From Tricharina praecox (Eukaryota): 64,000 nt of DNA. The DNA is taken from positions 1,364,001 through 1,428,000 of the forward strand of contig NW_026250408.1 in the NCBI RefSeq assembly GCF_024521635.1, read 5' to 3'. The stretch's first letter is position 1; every line of letters starts with the position of its first letter. This document shows, one piece after another, positions 60,326 through 64,000 of the stretch. A model generated the notes under the pieces. It saw only the letters and a program-made list of their open reading frames with translations. It was not told where the DNA came from and made no database searches. Position numbers and translations under genes: made by a program.

Positions 60326-63300
60326 GATCCGAGCAATGAAGTTTTGCCCTGTCGATGCGTGTCCGCGATGTGCGCTCGGTGCAAGGTAAAGATAGGTATC
60401 GGAAGAGTAAGAGAAAGCGCAGCAAAGTCCTCAGCGTGGATGTTTTCACTTTTTTCTTGTTTCCCCGCTGTTTTCTTCTGCTGGTTGATTGTAATATCCG
60501 TTCTCCAGGTGTGCTTGCATTCGGCACGATGGGGATTGCGGGGAAACGCGCTCTTTTGAAGGACTGCTGTGGGCATTCCGCATTGGGTGTCACGACTCGC
60601 CGGTCGACACCAGCACATCATGAGTAACACAGTCCAAGGGCCGACCTCAGACTGTGGGCTGATGTTACCGCATTCCCCTCAATGAATCCCACCAACTGTG
60701 CCCGCGCTTCCAAGTTCCACAGGCCCCACGGGGGGTAACGTTTCCCTCCCCCTTCCCTCCCCCCACGGAGTAGATCCTGGCCGTCGCGCACATGTTATGT
60801 AGCAATCAATTCATGGAGCAGAGGATGTGGAATGCTGAGGCCTAAACACGGCGATCCAATAAGGACGGCCCGCGCAAGGGTAGGTACCGTAGATCCCCCA
60901 AATAATCGATTCGCTTCCCGTGAATGGTGAGCCTCCATGCCGTCGATGGAATGTGAGGTTGCATTTGAGTGCCGAGGCCTGCGTTGTGCAGTGCGCACAT
61001 TCCCCAGAGCAGGGTACTAAGTTAGGTACTTAGGCCCTGTTCGCGCACACCATTATCTCATTTTGTGGATGTGCCAAGCCTATAGCGCGACATAATGCCT
61101 TTAGCATTATGTCGATTCGGCGCACAGACTTCTGAACTACCTAGACATTGCGACGCCACATCCACTGCAGGTGCTACATAGAAGCTAGCCAGTAAGAGTA
61201 GCGAGCGGAAGTGAACCATCATGTAATACGTGTCCTCAGCCTCAAATGCAATGGAAAAATGGCTGGGAGTCTCGCGGATTTACTCAGTCATTCCTACTTG
61301 GTGACTGGAGTCATTCCTCCTCCTTGACTAGAGTCATTTCTCCAATTACTAGAGTCATTCTTTCAATGACTGTAACTGTGTGAGTTGATTGACTCTTGCA
61401 ATGCTTCCCGGATGACACTTGTAATAAAACCCATCGCTTCCACAGTCTTCAGCTTCCAGAAGTTCCAAATTCTGCCGAGGAATGAAATTTCCTGCCGAGC
61501 AAGCAGTAAACACTTGTCCGATCTCTTCAATATTTTTTTTTGCTGTTCCAGTTGTTGAATTATCGTGGTGATGATAGTGGTTGAGGTTGAGGTTGGAGAC
61601 TCCCCCCCCTTTTTTTATTGTGGCGCAGGCCAACTTGACATAATGGGTGAGATAATGGGTTGTAGCGAACACCTGCCACCTCAAATTATGAGTGGAAAAA
61701 TGGTTTTCCAATTTGTGTGGTAGCAGGATGAGATAATGGGTGCGCGAACAGGGCCTTAGGTGCTGAGGAACGCAAAAACGTGATGAGACAAAAAAGAGGT
61801 GTGATGAATCGCGTGTGGGTTTATGTTCTGTGTATGATGTGAAGAACAGGGGACGAACCCACAAGAGTCGGGACGAACAGACAAGAATAGAAACAATAGA
61901 AAAACAATCCAACGTTGGCCCTCCGCATTGGGTCTGATCCTGGTCACACCCCCGTAGCGACACTAGGATCTTTCATTCCGCCGCTCACCGCAACACAGAG
62001 GCGCCTCAACCAGTGCTCCCATACCTAGTTACACTGATGCCATCTCGCTCCTCCTGAAAGCCCCTTCGGACATTCGGCGTAGCCTCACTGCCTCACCGAG
62101 CGGCTCCGTCCTCCGCGCTGTTATTCCGCCCACGACCTTTCGGACTGACTGTCGGCGTGTTGGTCGAGGTCCGAGGAGCCGGACTGCAGTCCTGAGGTTT
62201 TGACGGACTACGTCATGAAAATAATCCGTCAAATCCGAGATTTCTGAGGCCTGCTAGTCGAATGGATAAAAGGAATATTCATATGTAAAGAGCCTCAAAA
62301 TTACCAGGTGTTGACACTGCAGGCAAGGTCCTCGCAGCTCCAATCCGCCACGTGTTCAAGCCACCGCACGGACCATATGGCGCCACACTTGGCCGTCGAC
62401 TGCAGTCGACCACCGTCCGTCCATCCGTCCAGTCTTAACACCTCTCAGACTGCCCCCCCAAGTCTAAGCCTCGAGCAGTCGCAGTCGCAATCATTGGTTG
62501 AGTCTGCGAATCGGCGAATCGGCGAGTCGATTGCTATTCGTTCAGACTCCAGAGTCGATTGGCAAAAAGCAATCGCTATCTACTAGTAGTGCCGTCGATC
62601 GATGGATCGGTGCTGGTGTAATACTGAAGTTGCGCTTCCCGATTTCTCTGCCACGATTGGAATTTGGGTGTGCACACTGCACACTATACTGCATACTGCA
62701 CACGTCCTCGGTTGTCCATGAGTTGGGAGGCAGCAAGTATTCGCAGGAAGCCTACCTACACACATACAATCGGTTTCATGGAGTAATCAGCTTCGATGAT
62801 CCGCATGATAATTATGTAGGAGCAAACACGAAAGGTGGCTACCCGTGATTCGGGGGTATGTACGGGGACAGGGCAAGGCAAGCTCCCGGAGGTGGAGAGC
62901 AGAAGACATAAAGTAACTGTGTCAATCATCAACCTCCGGTCTCCTCCTATTGTTCTCGAGGAGTTTCCGGATGTGATGGCACTGCAAGTCTGTAAATCGG
63001 CCACCACTGGATCCAAACGGCCACTGCTCCGTAGCAAGCAAGCCCTGCGGAGCCCTCCGCGATGAAATGTGTGTATTCCAGAGACTCGTCCTCGAGAACA
63101 CCGACGTAGGGAACATGACGTATGTAGGGAAAATCCGGCAGGCCCAGTGGATGGTAGGTACCTTTCACCCTCCCCGCCTACGAGGGTCTCCCAGTCTGAG
63201 GTCTCGGCGTCTCGCGGATCTACTCCTACGGACTGGCCACGGCAGCTTATTATATTGCACTCCCTATCTTCTTCCTCCTTCTCCTTCTCGACGACTGGAC

Positions 63301-64000
63301 GCCTTGTTGGCGGGCGGAGACTTCGTGTTCATTCCGTGTGGGCGGCAGGCACCTGGTACGATCACGATCACGATCCATGGGGGGGCGAGACCTCAGACGC
63401 TCGCTCACGACGGTTCGTTTGGCAGGCCGCGACGCCAGTCAGCAGAGTTGTGCGGTAGTGGACGGCGTCGGGGACGTCTTGCAAACATAATAGATACCTC
63501 ACAGTCTATTCATAACCAGCACCCAGCTACCCAGTGTGTCGTGGCAACTGGCAAGGCTGGCCGCTGGCGAGACTCGAGAGAGCGTCGATCAACTTGGAAA
63601 GGCTGGCGAGAGAGAACGTTGATCGTATCGTCATGGGAAATAGCAGGCAGGCTAGGGAAACAGGAGCCTCGTCGGTTGGCCATTTGTGCATACACCTGTA
63701 TGTAGCAGTATTACGAAGGGGGCGGAACTTTGAGAACCTGCCTCGAGTTAGTTATGCATGTACCTACCGTAGTACCGTAGGTATTATAGATACGGTGACA
63801 AGGTGACTCGGTGAGGTGATGCCGATGCTGATGCCGATAGTGAAGGACAGCGGGACTTGGGACGCAAGGAGTAAGACGGTAAGATGGTAAGATGTCGAAG
63901 CACGGGCGATGGACTCGGAGATGCTGCTCTACGCTAGAGTCCACTCTAGCGCGAAGGCGGTTCGGGATTGTCTTGGATTGCGGGTTTGACGACGGTACTA

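Noticed and set aside
1..64000. tRNA, 5S rRNA or telomeric arrays
   Set aside because: Several GTTCGA hits lack cloverleaf context; none is supportable by eye.
61355..64000. ORFs of 200+ aa at 61355-61963 and 63067-63705
   Set aside because: No recognisable domains or coherent exon structure; left unannotated.

Overview
A 64-kb window of an intron-rich filamentous ascomycete genome; the gene content suggests a Pezizomycete, but this is inference. Bases 1-7.3 kb are a nest of transposons. An apparently intact Ty3/Gypsy chromovirus (minus strand, runs off the window) sits inside the integrase of a sister copy, which sits in an older related LTR, which interrupts a Tad1-like LINE. Bases 7.7-30 kb are accessory-type: family III CoA-transferase, TetX-like FAD monooxygenase, two divergently transcribed LaeA-like methyltransferases, a deleted Copia with a target-site duplication, an uncharacterised membrane protein, a LINE 3' end and a CorA-like protein. 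Bases 31-52 kb are mostly core genes: enoyl-CoA hydratase, BNA6, Ras-like GTPase, ARG4, MTF1, AMSH-like deubiquitinase and eIF2A. This block also holds a pogo/CENP-B-type HTH protein with no DDE domain and an (EEEDG)10 tract. Bases 53.4-60.3 kb encode a large ZNFX1-like helicase with four CCCH fingers and a C-terminal RZ finger. Exon boundaries were read by eye and are approximate, and no database searches were run.
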